A stretch of DNA of 55,063 bases from an uncultured Candidatus Bathyarchaeia archaeon (GTDB lineage Archaea; Thermoproteota; Bathyarchaeia; Bathyarchaeales; Bathyarchaeaceae): the NCBI GenBank assembly GCA_964346895.1, contig CAYFWY010000001.1, positions 1 to 55,063 of the forward strand, written 5' to 3'. Position 1 is the stretch's first letter. Every line of letters starts with the position of its first letter. Under the pieces are notes generated by a model. The model saw only the letters and a program-made list of their open reading frames with translations, had not been told where the DNA came from and made no database searches. Position numbers and translations under genes: made by a program. Below are positions 10,215-18,299 of this stretch, in pieces.

Positions 10215-11003
10215 CTAGATTAACCCCCTTGATTTGAGGATTTCGGTGATTTTTATTGCGATTTGGTCGGGTGTGCCTTTCAGGAATTCACATTTCTTTT
10301 CGACTGGCGGCGCGTATAACTTTTTTATGCTTGTCCATGAACCTGCTGGACCTACATCGTTTTCTGCCAAGCCTGTGTCTGCGAGATTCATGACTTTGAC
10401 TTCTTTTTGCATGGCTTTGCGTATGCCCATTATTGAAACATATCTTGGCTCGTTTATTCCTGTTTGAATGGAGAACAGTGCTGGTAGCTTGACTTCGATT
10501 TGTTCTTCTAGACCGCCTTCTAGTTCACGGTTGACTTTGGCTGTACCTGAGGCTAGTTCAATTTTTTTAACAATTGTTGCATGCGGTATGCCTAGCATTT
10601 CAGCTAGGATTGGCCCGACCATAGCATTGCCATCGTCGGCCGATTGCATTCCCGTAAGAATTAGGTCGTAGTGTAGGGTTTTGATTATACTGTGAAGGAT
10701 TTTTGCGATTGCGTAAGCATCTGAGGCCTCGAATTTTTTATCTGTTAAGCGCATGGCTTTGTCCGCTCCTCTGGCTAGACATTTTCTTAACGTGCGTTCT
10801 GAGTCTTGGGGGCCTATTGTTATAGCTGTGATTGTTCCACCTTGCTTCTCTTTTATGCGCACCGCCTCTTCTAATGCGTAGTCGTCCCACTCGTTAATAT
10901 CATAAACTAAGCCCGCTTTTTCTATGGATTTGGCAGATGAATCGATTCTCAGCTCAGCTTCGGCTGTTTCTGGAACATGCTTAACACAAAGAATCGTGTC
11001 CAC
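10215..11003 (-). CDS. etfB: Electron transfer flavoprotein, beta subunit
   Basis: 262-aa ORF with a GTG start. N-terminus ILCVKHVPE..., INEWDDYALEEA, LILTGMQSADDGN. Separated from etfA by 1 nt. Confidence 0.9.
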   Translation of the reverse strand: MDTILCVKHVPETAEAELRIDSSAKSIEKAGLVYDINEWDDYALEEAVRIKEKQGGTITAITIGPQDSERTLRKCLARGADKAMRLTDKKFEASDAYAIAKILHSIIKTLHYDLILTGMQSADDGNAMVGPILAEMLGIPHATIVKKIELASGTAKVNRELEGGLEEQIEVKLPALFSIQTGINEPRYVSIMGIRKAMQKEVKVMNLADTGLAENDVGPAGSWTSIKKLYAPPVEKKCEFLKGTPDQIAIKITEILKSRGLI

Positions 11004-11153
11004 CTAACGTTAGCCTCCATAACGCTAATCTTTTGACTAAGTAACCTATTTCATATAGTTTTTGCGCGAATTAATGCGCGCATTTCAATCCTGAACAAAT
11101 AAAAATGAAAATGTAACTACCCAAGCAGCGATGCGCTAAGAGGCTGCAAGTAA

Positions 11154-11316
11154 ATGAAATTGAAGGAGAGAACAGTAGACAACCTAGATACCGCCTTTTT
11201 CGGAGAAGTGAAATCTCACAAAGATTTCTGGTGTACGCCAAAAGGCGGAACGTGAAACGCCGGAACTGTGCGCCGTTTGCAGAGCCGCTAAAACGAAATT
11301 CGAAAACGTACCTTAG
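11154..11316 (+). pseudogene. Collapsed rubrerythrin-like relic (N-terminal helix joined to a C-terminal rubredoxin-like tail, with frameshift)
   Basis: The ATG at 11154 gives MKLKERTVDNLDTAFFGEVKSHKDFWCTPKGGT*. The +1 frame continues ..ETPELCAVCRAAKTKFENVP*. This resembles a rubrerythrin start (..NL..AF.GE..) and its CPxC..KxxFE end, with about 130 aa of the diiron core missing. Confidence 0.4.
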
Positions 11317-11329
11317 CTCAAATTGCCAG

Positions 11330-13693
11330 TCACGCTTTTAATTCTTGCTTGATCTTGTTTCTTTTTTCCTTTGGTAAAGGGCCGAACTTTTTAATCCTAT
11401 CCGTGAAAAGTGTGAACAGTTCGGCTGCTTTTTTGTAAACAGGCAAGGGCACGTAGCTGTAACGAACTCGCATGCTTTCAATTCCAAATTTAGCTAGCTT
11501 TTGCCTCATTTCAATAATTCTTTTCTTCGTAAACTTTTCATCAATCTCTTGCGAACCCTCAATCACCAAAACTCCATCAGCACCAAACGCAAAAGCGTAG
11601 AGCAAATGTTTCAAGCCCAAAATAGCAGTCGACGGAACAGACACTATCCGAATATTTTCAGGATAATTCACGCGATCCAAACCCAAAAAGTCAATGCCCG
11701 TATAACCCACATTCTTATCAACGAAAGCAACAACAATAACTTCTTCAGCATCCTTTTCAGCCAACACTCCCCTTAAAGTTGCGATTATCTGCTTCGCCAT
11801 CGAATTCCTAAAGTCAATAGCCTCTTTCGGACAGATGGGTATGCATGCGCCACAACCGATGCACTGAAAAGGATCAATTTTGGCTTTCTCCTCCTGCAGA
11901 GTTATGGCGTTTACGGGACACACCAGAACACAGTTGCCACAGCCATTGCATAAATCTGTAATCACAAATGCTTTCTCAGGACTTGTAGTAACATAGTCGC
12001 TCTTAAGAAACAACGAAGCCCTAGCCGCAGCCCCCAAAGAATCAGAAACCGTGTCGCGAACATCTTTCGGGCTCAAGGCGCAACCACTAACAAAAATTCC
12101 GGTGACAAGTGAATCGACTGGGTCAAGTTTTGGGTGCTTTTCTGTTACGAAGCCATGCTCACCAATTGGCACCTTCATTTTGTCTGCTAATTCCTTCAAC
12201 CCTGTTGGCGGAATCATTGGCGTGGCCAAAGCAACCATGTCATACTCATCTTCCCTAATCTCGCCAGACAATGTATCTTCAGTTAAAACAACAAGCTTGC
12301 CAGTATTATTCCTGTAGACTTCAGCTACTTTTCCCTTCACAAATTGTACTCCGGCTTCCTCATTCCGCCAATAGAGGTCCTCATAACCCTTACCAGCAGC
12401 CCTAATGTCAATATAATAAATTGTCACTTCAATATCGAGTATCTTCTTGAGAATCAGAGCCTGCTTCAAAGAGTACATGCAACAAATGCGGCTGCAATAA
12501 GGAATGTTGTTCTTATCTCTGGAACCGGCACAAAGCACAATCGCCATTCTCCTAACGTCACTGCCATCCGCCCTTTTAATATACCCGCCAGTCGGCCCAG
12601 TAGCTGAGGTCAACCTCTCCAAATCCATCATTGTGATAACATCTTCGTAATTGCCATACCCGTAAATCTCTAGATTCCGGGCGTCGTAAAGCTTGAATCC
12701 TGTAGCTAGAATTATAGAGCCCACATTTAGGTTAACAATGCTGCCCTTATCCTCTAAGGTTATAGCTTTAGCAGGACACAACTTCTCACACTTTCCACAC
12801 TTAGTGCAAGCGTCGAAATCTATCGTATAAGCAGAGGGAACCGCTTGAGGAAACTCTATGTAAGCTGCTTTTCTCTGCGACAGACCCTGGTTAAACTCAT
12901 CCGGAACCGTCACCGGGCAAACTTTTTCACATACGCCACAACTCCTGCATTTCTCAACGATTACACCTCTCGGTTTGAAAAAGATTTCAACATCATAATT
13001 TCCAGGTCTTCCACCAAAATCTTGAACTTCAGCGTAAGTAAGCAAATTCACGTTTGCATTTCTCCCAACCTCAGCCATCCTAGGAGTAAGTATGCATTGG
13101 GCACAGTCTAAAGTCGGAAAAACCTTCGTCAATTTTGCCATGCTGCCGCCTATGCTGGGTCTTCTCTCTACAAGGTATACCTTAAAACCCAAATAGCCAA
13201 GTTCAAGAGCCGCAGTGATTCCGGCAATGCCCCCTCCTACGATTAGAATTTCCCTGGAACCCCTTTCGCTTATCGTTTCTAATGGTTCAAGCTCCAAGCT
13301 TCGCTCATAACCACCTCTAATTAAGCTTAAAGCCTTCCTTGTGGCTTCTGCTGACTTATGCGGCCCATGAACCCACGAGGTTTGTTCTCTAATATTAACA
13401 AATTCAAGCATGTAAGGGTTCAAGCCAGCTCTTTCCAAAAGGCTCTGGAAAGTCATGAGGTGCATCCTCGGCGTGCAACTTGCAACCACAACTCTGTCCA
13501 AGCCATCCTTCTTAATGGCCTCAAGGATCAATTCCTGAGCTGGCTTCGAACACAAGTAGTTGTGATATTTGGCTACAACAACCCCTTTCCAGCTCTTAAC
13601 AGCATCAATAACCAAGTTAACGTCTATAACATCACCTATGTTTCCACCACACTCACAGACAAAAATGCCGATTCTAGGAATCTTCTTTTCCAT
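11330..13693 (-). CDS. hdrA: HdrA-like FAD/FeS flavoprotein with fused C-terminal MvhD/FlpD-like domain
   Basis: N-terminal IGIFVCECGGNIG, FAD motif ILIVGGGIAGITAALELG and four CxxCxxCxxxCP ferredoxin motifs. The C-terminal ~138 aa resemble MvhD (GADGVLVIEG). The ORF track starts at 13732. The ATG at 13693 (MEKKIPRIG) is preferred because a TATA-like ATATATATTA lies about 27 nt upstream. Confidence 0.85.
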   Translation of the reverse strand: MEKKIPRIGIFVCECGGNIGDVIDVNLVIDAVKSWKGVVVAKYHNYLCSKPAQELILEAIKKDGLDRVVVASCTPRMHLMTFQSLLERAGLNPYMLEFVNIREQTSWVHGPHKSAEATRKALSLIRGGYERSLELEPLETISERGSREILIVGGGIAGITAALELGYLGFKVYLVERRPSIGGSMAKLTKVFPTLDCAQCILTPRMAEVGRNANVNLLTYAEVQDFGGRPGNYDVEIFFKPRGVIVEKCRSCGVCEKVCPVTVPDEFNQGLSQRKAAYIEFPQAVPSAYTIDFDACTKCGKCEKLCPAKAITLEDKGSIVNLNVGSIILATGFKLYDARNLEIYGYGNYEDVITMMDLERLTSATGPTGGYIKRADGSDVRRMAIVLCAGSRDKNNIPYCSRICCMYSLKQALILKKILDIEVTIYYIDIRAAGKGYEDLYWRNEEAGVQFVKGKVAEVYRNNTGKLVVLTEDTLSGEIREDEYDMVALATPMIPPTGLKELADKMKVPIGEHGFVTEKHPKLDPVDSLVTGIFVSGCALSPKDVRDTVSDSLGAAARASLFLKSDYVTTSPEKAFVITDLCNGCGNCVLVCPVNAITLQEEKAKIDPFQCIGCGACIPICPKEAIDFRNSMAKQIIATLRGVLAEKDAEEVIVVAFVDKNVGYTGIDFLGLDRVNYPENIRIVSVPSTAILGLKHLLYAFAFGADGVLVIEGSQEIDEKFTKKRIIEMRQKLAKFGIESMRVRYSYVPLPVYKKAAELFTLFTDRIKKFGPLPKEKRNKIKQELKA

Positions 13694-13793
13694 ATGGTGC
13701 GTCTCCATTTTCCATAATATATATTGATTCATAGAAAGAAAAAAACTTATTAAAAATCTTAGCTCCTCATTTCACTTGAAAGTGATCTAGAGA
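13694..13793. promoter_or_regulatory. Divergent promoter region between the hdrA-like and CCG-protein genes
   Basis: AT-rich, with a TATA-like element for each direction (13715-13725 on the minus strand; CTTATTAAAAATC at 13746-13758 on the plus strand). Inverted repeat TCACTT-GA-AAGTGA at 13772-13785. Confidence 0.4.
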
Positions 13794-14903
13794 ATGAACG
13801 CCCAGGAGCTTGTCCAGAAACATAAACTTCTCGAGTGCATCCAGTGTGGAATGTGCACCGGATGTTGCCCGGTTGCAAAAAAGGCTAGTTTGAATGTAAG
13901 AAGATACATGCAGGAAGTTTCAGCCATAGGCAAACTAATCATACACCCGCAAAACGAGTTATGGAGTTGTACAACGTGCTCCACTTGCAGCATTCTCTGC
14001 CCAAAAGACCTAAACCCATACGAATTTTTGATTGACATACGCAGCATGGCGGTTGAAGAGGGCAAAATCGCCCCAACTATCCGAGATGCCTTAGAAAGCA
14101 TGTTCAAAAATGGCAACCCATGGTCAAGAATACGTAGCAAACGCTCTGAGTGGCTTGAAAGTTTAAACGCCAAACACATTTCACAAGGTGCAGAAATACT
14201 ATATTATGTCGGTTGCACATCAGCCTATGACCCTAGGGTTCAAAACGTAGCTAAAAGCCTCGTAAAATGCTTTAAAAAGGCGGGATTAAGCTTTGGCGTT
14301 CTAGGCGATGAAGAAAGCTGCTGCGGAAGCGAAGCTTACGGTATGGGAGAAAAAGGCTTGTTCGAGTTTCTCGTTGAAGAGAATATGAAAATTTTCAACA
14401 AATACAAAATAAAACGAATGGTGACAAGCTGTCCACATGCTTTTCAGACCTTTAAAAAAAGATACCCACAAACCAGCATCGAAGTTCAACACCACACTCA
14501 ATCACTTGCTAAACTCATCGAAAACCATGACCTAACCTTTTCAAAAGTAGTGAATAGAAAGGTAATTTATCATGATCCCTGCTTTCTGGGAAAGCAAAAT
14601 GGAATCTATGAAGAGCCACGAAAAGTTATTGAAAGTGTGCCAGGAGTTAAGTTGTTTGAATTTGACCGTTCAAGAACTAGAAGCGTTTGCTGCGAAGGCG
14701 GCGGCGGAAGAACATGGATTGACATTCCAGGCCCGCGCTTGGCTGAAAAGCGAGTCAAAGATGCTGCTGAATCAGGTGCAGATATCTTAGCTGTAAGCTG
14801 TCCTTACTGCCTAGTAACATTTGAAGATGCCATAAAAACAACTGGACTAGAGGAAAAAATCCAAACAATGGATATCGCAGAACTACTTGTTCTTGCCCTA
14901 TGA
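13794..14903 (+). CDS. HdrD/GlcF-like iron-sulfur oxidoreductase (2x[4Fe-4S] ferredoxin domain plus two CCG domains), soluble
   Basis: 369-aa ORF. CIQCGMCTGCCP and CTTCSTCSILCP, then CCG-type cysteine motifs (ESCCGSEAY, SCPHAF, HDPCFLG, VCCEGGGG, SCPYCLV). No obvious transmembrane segment. Confidence 0.85.
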   Translation: MNAQELVQKHKLLECIQCGMCTGCCPVAKKASLNVRRYMQEVSAIGKLIIHPQNELWSCTTCSTCSILCPKDLNPYEFLIDIRSMAVEEGKIAPTIRDALESMFKNGNPWSRIRSKRSEWLESLNAKHISQGAEILYYVGCTSAYDPRVQNVAKSLVKCFKKAGLSFGVLGDEESCCGSEAYGMGEKGLFEFLVEENMKIFNKYKIKRMVTSCPHAFQTFKKRYPQTSIEVQHHTQSLAKLIENHDLTFSKVVNRKVIYHDPCFLGKQNGIYEEPRKVIESVPGVKLFEFDRSRTRSVCCEGGGGRTWIDIPGPRLAEKRVKDAAESGADILAVSCPYCLVTFEDAIKTTGLEEKIQTMDIAELLVLAL

Positions 14904-15114
14904 TATCAAACACTGCGACAGAAACTTCGTAATCCAAGACTTAAACGAATAACCGCTTGATTATCATAGGATGAACTTGGCATGGCATGATACATTGTTT
15001 AAAACCAAAGATATCCTTTGAATGCACGAAAGAGGAGGTCATAGAAGAGTTGTAAGCCCGTTGAATTAAACTCACGAAGGCGTGCGCGTAAGCATTTAAG
15101 TTTGTTTCTTCAAA

Positions 15115-15696
15115 ATGTTTAATGATCTAAAAATGAAAGGAATAAGGTTTCACGGTCGAGGAGGAGAAGGCGTGGTCATAGCTGCTGAGCTTGTGGCTAA
15201 CGCTGCCTTCAAGGAAGGCAAGTGGGTTCAGGCCTTCCCATATTTTGGTGGAGAACGTCGAGGTGCTCCTGTAACAGCTTTTGTGAGAATATCTGATAAG
15301 CCAATTCGGCTTAGAGGTCCACTCTACAAACCAGATTATGTCATTGTCCTCAGCCCATTTCTAAGTGAAAAAGTGAATGTGACAGAAGGAATGAAGAACC
15401 GAGGATTATTGATAATTAATAGCGCAGGCAAGCGTAGACAGAGTGAATTCGAAGGATATAGAGTAGTTATGGTTGACGCCACCAAAATAGCTGTAAAATT
15501 AGGTCTTGTTGTCTCTGGAACCGCTGTTGTTAATACCGTGATGCTGGGAGCTTTTGCCAGAGTTACCAAGATTTTCGCTCTTGAATCACTGCAAGAAGCA
15601 ATCAGGGAAAGATGGCGTAATCAACTTGGAGAAATGAATGTTAAAGCCGCTTCTCTGGGATACATGCTTCTCAGGGAGGGTGATGAGGCTGAATAG
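15115..15696 (+). CDS. 2-oxoacid:ferredoxin oxidoreductase, gamma subunit (POR/VOR type)
   Basis: 193-aa ORF with IRFHGRGGEGVVIAAEL and FPYFGGERRGAP. First gene of a gamma-delta-alpha-beta set. Confidence 0.85.
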   Translation: MFNDLKMKGIRFHGRGGEGVVIAAELVANAAFKEGKWVQAFPYFGGERRGAPVTAFVRISDKPIRLRGPLYKPDYVIVLSPFLSEKVNVTEGMKNRGLLIINSAGKRRQSEFEGYRVVMVDATKIAVKLGLVVSGTAVVNTVMLGAFARVTKIFALESLQEAIRERWRNQLGEMNVKAASLGYMLLREGDEAE

Positions 15697-16006
15697 GAAA
15701 CGCGGCCGACGATCACCTCTTCCAAGGACTCCCCTGTCAACTCCGTCTGACAGCGGTTTTGGCGATAGTGGAACATGGCGAATATATCGCCCTATGATCG
15801 ACAAAGACAAATGTACGAAATGTGCCATATGTTGGCTTTTTTGTCCTGAGAACTGCATTAAACTAGATTCAGATAATACCCCTGAGGTCAATCTAGCGCA
15901 TTGTAAGGGTTGTGGGATCTGCGCTAAGGAATGTCCCATCAAAGGGATAGTTATGAAATATGAGGGAGAGATGAAAGATGTCGCAAAAGATAATAGCGAC
16001 TGGTAA
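15683..16006 (+). CDS. 2-oxoacid:ferredoxin oxidoreductase, delta (2x[4Fe-4S] ferredoxin) subunit
   Basis: CTKCAICWLFCP and CKGCGICAKECP. The ORF track begins at 15638. The ATG at 15683 (MRLN) overlaps the gamma-subunit stop, which suggests coupling. Confidence 0.8.
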   Translation: MRLNRKRGRRSPLPRTPLSTPSDSGFGDSGTWRIYRPMIDKDKCTKCAICWLFCPENCIKLDSDNTPEVNLAHCKGCGICAKECPIKGIVMKYEGEMKDVAKDNSDW

Positions 16007-17159
16007 TTATGCTGCTGCGTACGCAGTCAAATTGGCTAAAGTCAAAGTAGTTGCTGCCTACCCTATTACGCCTCAAACCAGTGTTATTGAGAAGATTGCT
16101 GAACTCATAGATAATGGCGAAATGAGTGCTGAATACATCAAGGTAGAATCTGAGCATAGTGCCATGTCAGCATGTATCGGAGCGTCGGCTGCCGGAGTCA
16201 GAACCTTTACAGCTACATCCTCTCAAGGTTTATTGTATATGCATGAGATGCTTCACTGGGCATCAGGAAGTAGATTGCCAATAGTGATGGCGCAAGTAAA
16301 TCGGTCTATAGCTCCCCCTTGGTCTATTTGGACTGATCAAAACGATTCCATCTCTCAAAGGGATACAGGGTGGATCCAATTCTACTGTGAAAACAATCAG
16401 GATATTCTAGATTCTTTGATACAGGCATATAAAGTAGTTGAAGACAAGAAGGTTTTATTGCCTGCGATGGTATGTTATGACGGTTTTGAACTATCCCATA
16501 CAGCGATGCCACTAGAGTTGCCTGATCAAAGAGAGATTGATAATTTCCTAGGACCCTACAATTTGAAGCACGCCCTCATAGATTTTGATAGACCTTCAAC
16601 TCATGGTAACTTGGTAAGTCCAGAATTTTACATGGAGTTTCGGCTTCTAATACAGAAAGCTATGGAGAATGCTAAACATGTTATTGATAAGACTGCATCA
16701 GATTTCTCAAGACGGTTCGGTCGAGACCATGGATCTCAGATTCAATGTTACAAGTGTAGAAGTGCGGATGTGGCAATTGTATCTATGGGTGCTTTAAGTA
16801 GCGAAGCGAAGGAGGCGGTCGACAGACTAAGAAAGAAGAAAGTGCCTGTTGGCGCTATCAAGGTACGAGTCTTCAGACCTTTTCCTACAGAGGTTTTCCA
16901 AGAGATTGGAAAAAGCGTGAAAGCCTTCGTAATCATAGACCGTAATATATCCTTTGGCATTGAAGGTGTCCTCTTCACTGAGGTAAAAAGCTCTTTATAT
17001 CCATTGGACAAGAAGCCCTTGGTTCTCGGCTTTATTGCTGGTCTCGGTGGACGAGACATAAGAGTACGACACATTATCAAGGCAGCCAGAAAAGCATTAA
17101 ACGCTCTTCGAACTGGTGTAAAGTACCCCATGGAGGAATGGGTTAACGTTAAGAGGTGA
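15978..17159 (+). CDS. 2-oxoacid:ferredoxin oxidoreductase, alpha subunit
   Basis: 393-aa ORF with GNYAAAYAVKLAKVKVVAAYPITPQT and SEHSAMSACIGASAAGVRTFTATSSQGL. Confidence 0.88.
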   Translation: MSQKIIATGNYAAAYAVKLAKVKVVAAYPITPQTSVIEKIAELIDNGEMSAEYIKVESEHSAMSACIGASAAGVRTFTATSSQGLLYMHEMLHWASGSRLPIVMAQVNRSIAPPWSIWTDQNDSISQRDTGWIQFYCENNQDILDSLIQAYKVVEDKKVLLPAMVCYDGFELSHTAMPLELPDQREIDNFLGPYNLKHALIDFDRPSTHGNLVSPEFYMEFRLLIQKAMENAKHVIDKTASDFSRRFGRDHGSQIQCYKCRSADVAIVSMGALSSEAKEAVDRLRKKKVPVGAIKVRVFRPFPTEVFQEIGKSVKAFVIIDRNISFGIEGVLFTEVKSSLYPLDKKPLVLGFIAGLGGRDIRVRHIIKAARKALNALRTGVKYPMEEWVNVKR

Positions 17160-18076
17160 CAAAAATGAGTTGGATAAAACAATTACCTAAAGAAGAATGC
17201 ATTCTTCCTGGTATATCTTCCTGTGTGGGCTGTGGTGCTGCCTTGAGTCTGAGATTCGTTTTGAGAATTTTAGGAAGACGAACAATTCTAATCATTCCTG
17301 CTTGTTGCTCCTCGATTATCCAAGGTTCTTATCCTAATACCGCCTTCAAGATTCCTGTTCTGAATGTAGCCTTCGCTTCGAGTGCTGCTATTGCGTCAGG
17401 AGTAGCAGCGGCCCTTAGAACTCGAGATATCGAAGGAGCCAATGTGATGGTCTGGGCTGGAGATGGAGGTACTGCTGACATAGGAATCCAAGCAATCTCG
17501 GGCGCAGCTCAACGTCAGGAAGACATTCTCTACGTCTGTTACGATAATGAAGGTTACATGAATACTGGAATCCAAGAAAGCGGTGCAACACCTTTCGGTG
17601 CATGGACCTCCAACTCACCAAGAGGTAAGCGGCTATTCAAGAAGAACATGCCTTTCATAATGATGGGACATAGAATACCGTATATAGCCACCGCAAATAT
17701 TTCGTATCCTCAAGACTTAATCCTGAAGATTAAAAAAGCTTTGAACCATTCTGGATTCAAGTATATCCATCTTTATACCGCTTGTCCTCCAGGCTGGCGA
17801 ATACCCGCAGATGAAACAATAAGTATAGGAAAACTTGCGGTCAAGACTGGAGTTTGGGCTCTCTTCGAGATAGAAAATGGAAAATTTCGTCTAACAGGTC
17901 CAAGCGTCAGAATTCTCAACAAAAACAGAAGGGAACCCTTGGAAGAATATTTGGGAATCCAAGGGCGTTACAAAACAATAACAGATGAAGACATTGAAAT
18001 CTTAAAAGAAAGAATAGACAAAACATGGAAGATATATTCTGAACTACAGAAATTGGAAGAGGCCGTTCCTCTTTAG
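17156..18076 (+). CDS. 2-oxoacid:ferredoxin oxidoreductase, beta (TPP-binding) subunit
   Basis: 306-aa ORF with CVGCGAALSLR and TPP motif GDGGTADIGIQAISGA...YDNEGYMNTG. GTG start overlaps the alpha-subunit stop. Confidence 0.88.
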   Translation: MTKMSWIKQLPKEECILPGISSCVGCGAALSLRFVLRILGRRTILIIPACCSSIIQGSYPNTAFKIPVLNVAFASSAAIASGVAAALRTRDIEGANVMVWAGDGGTADIGIQAISGAAQRQEDILYVCYDNEGYMNTGIQESGATPFGAWTSNSPRGKRLFKKNMPFIMMGHRIPYIATANISYPQDLILKIKKALNHSGFKYIHLYTACPPGWRIPADETISIGKLAVKTGVWALFEIENGKFRLTGPSVRILNKNRREPLEEYLGIQGRYKTITDEDIEILKERIDKTWKIYSELQKLEEAVPL

Positions 18077-18164
18077 TTGCAATTCTCTTAAGAGGAAAAG
18101 TTGCCTCTATCAGTTTGTTGCACAACACTAAAGTTGGGTAATCGAAGTTTGCATTACCGCTCTA

Positions 18165-18299
18165 TTGGTATCCACCTTCTTTGATTGCTCTATTAAGTTC
18201 CGCTATTGCAGTTGGATCTTCCAGAGTAGATACGTCACCAAGATATGTATGTCTGGCGCTCTTTGTATATGACTTCTTTTCTGCGATTACAATGAGAAG
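18165..18299 (-). pseudogene. Relic of an acetyl-CoA synthetase C-terminus
   Basis: 45 stop-free codons with no start, in frame immediately after the AACS stop: ..SARHTYLGDVSTLEDPTAIAELNRAIKEGGYQ*. This matches the conserved ACS tail (LGD-T/V-STL-x-DP..). Confidence 0.4.
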
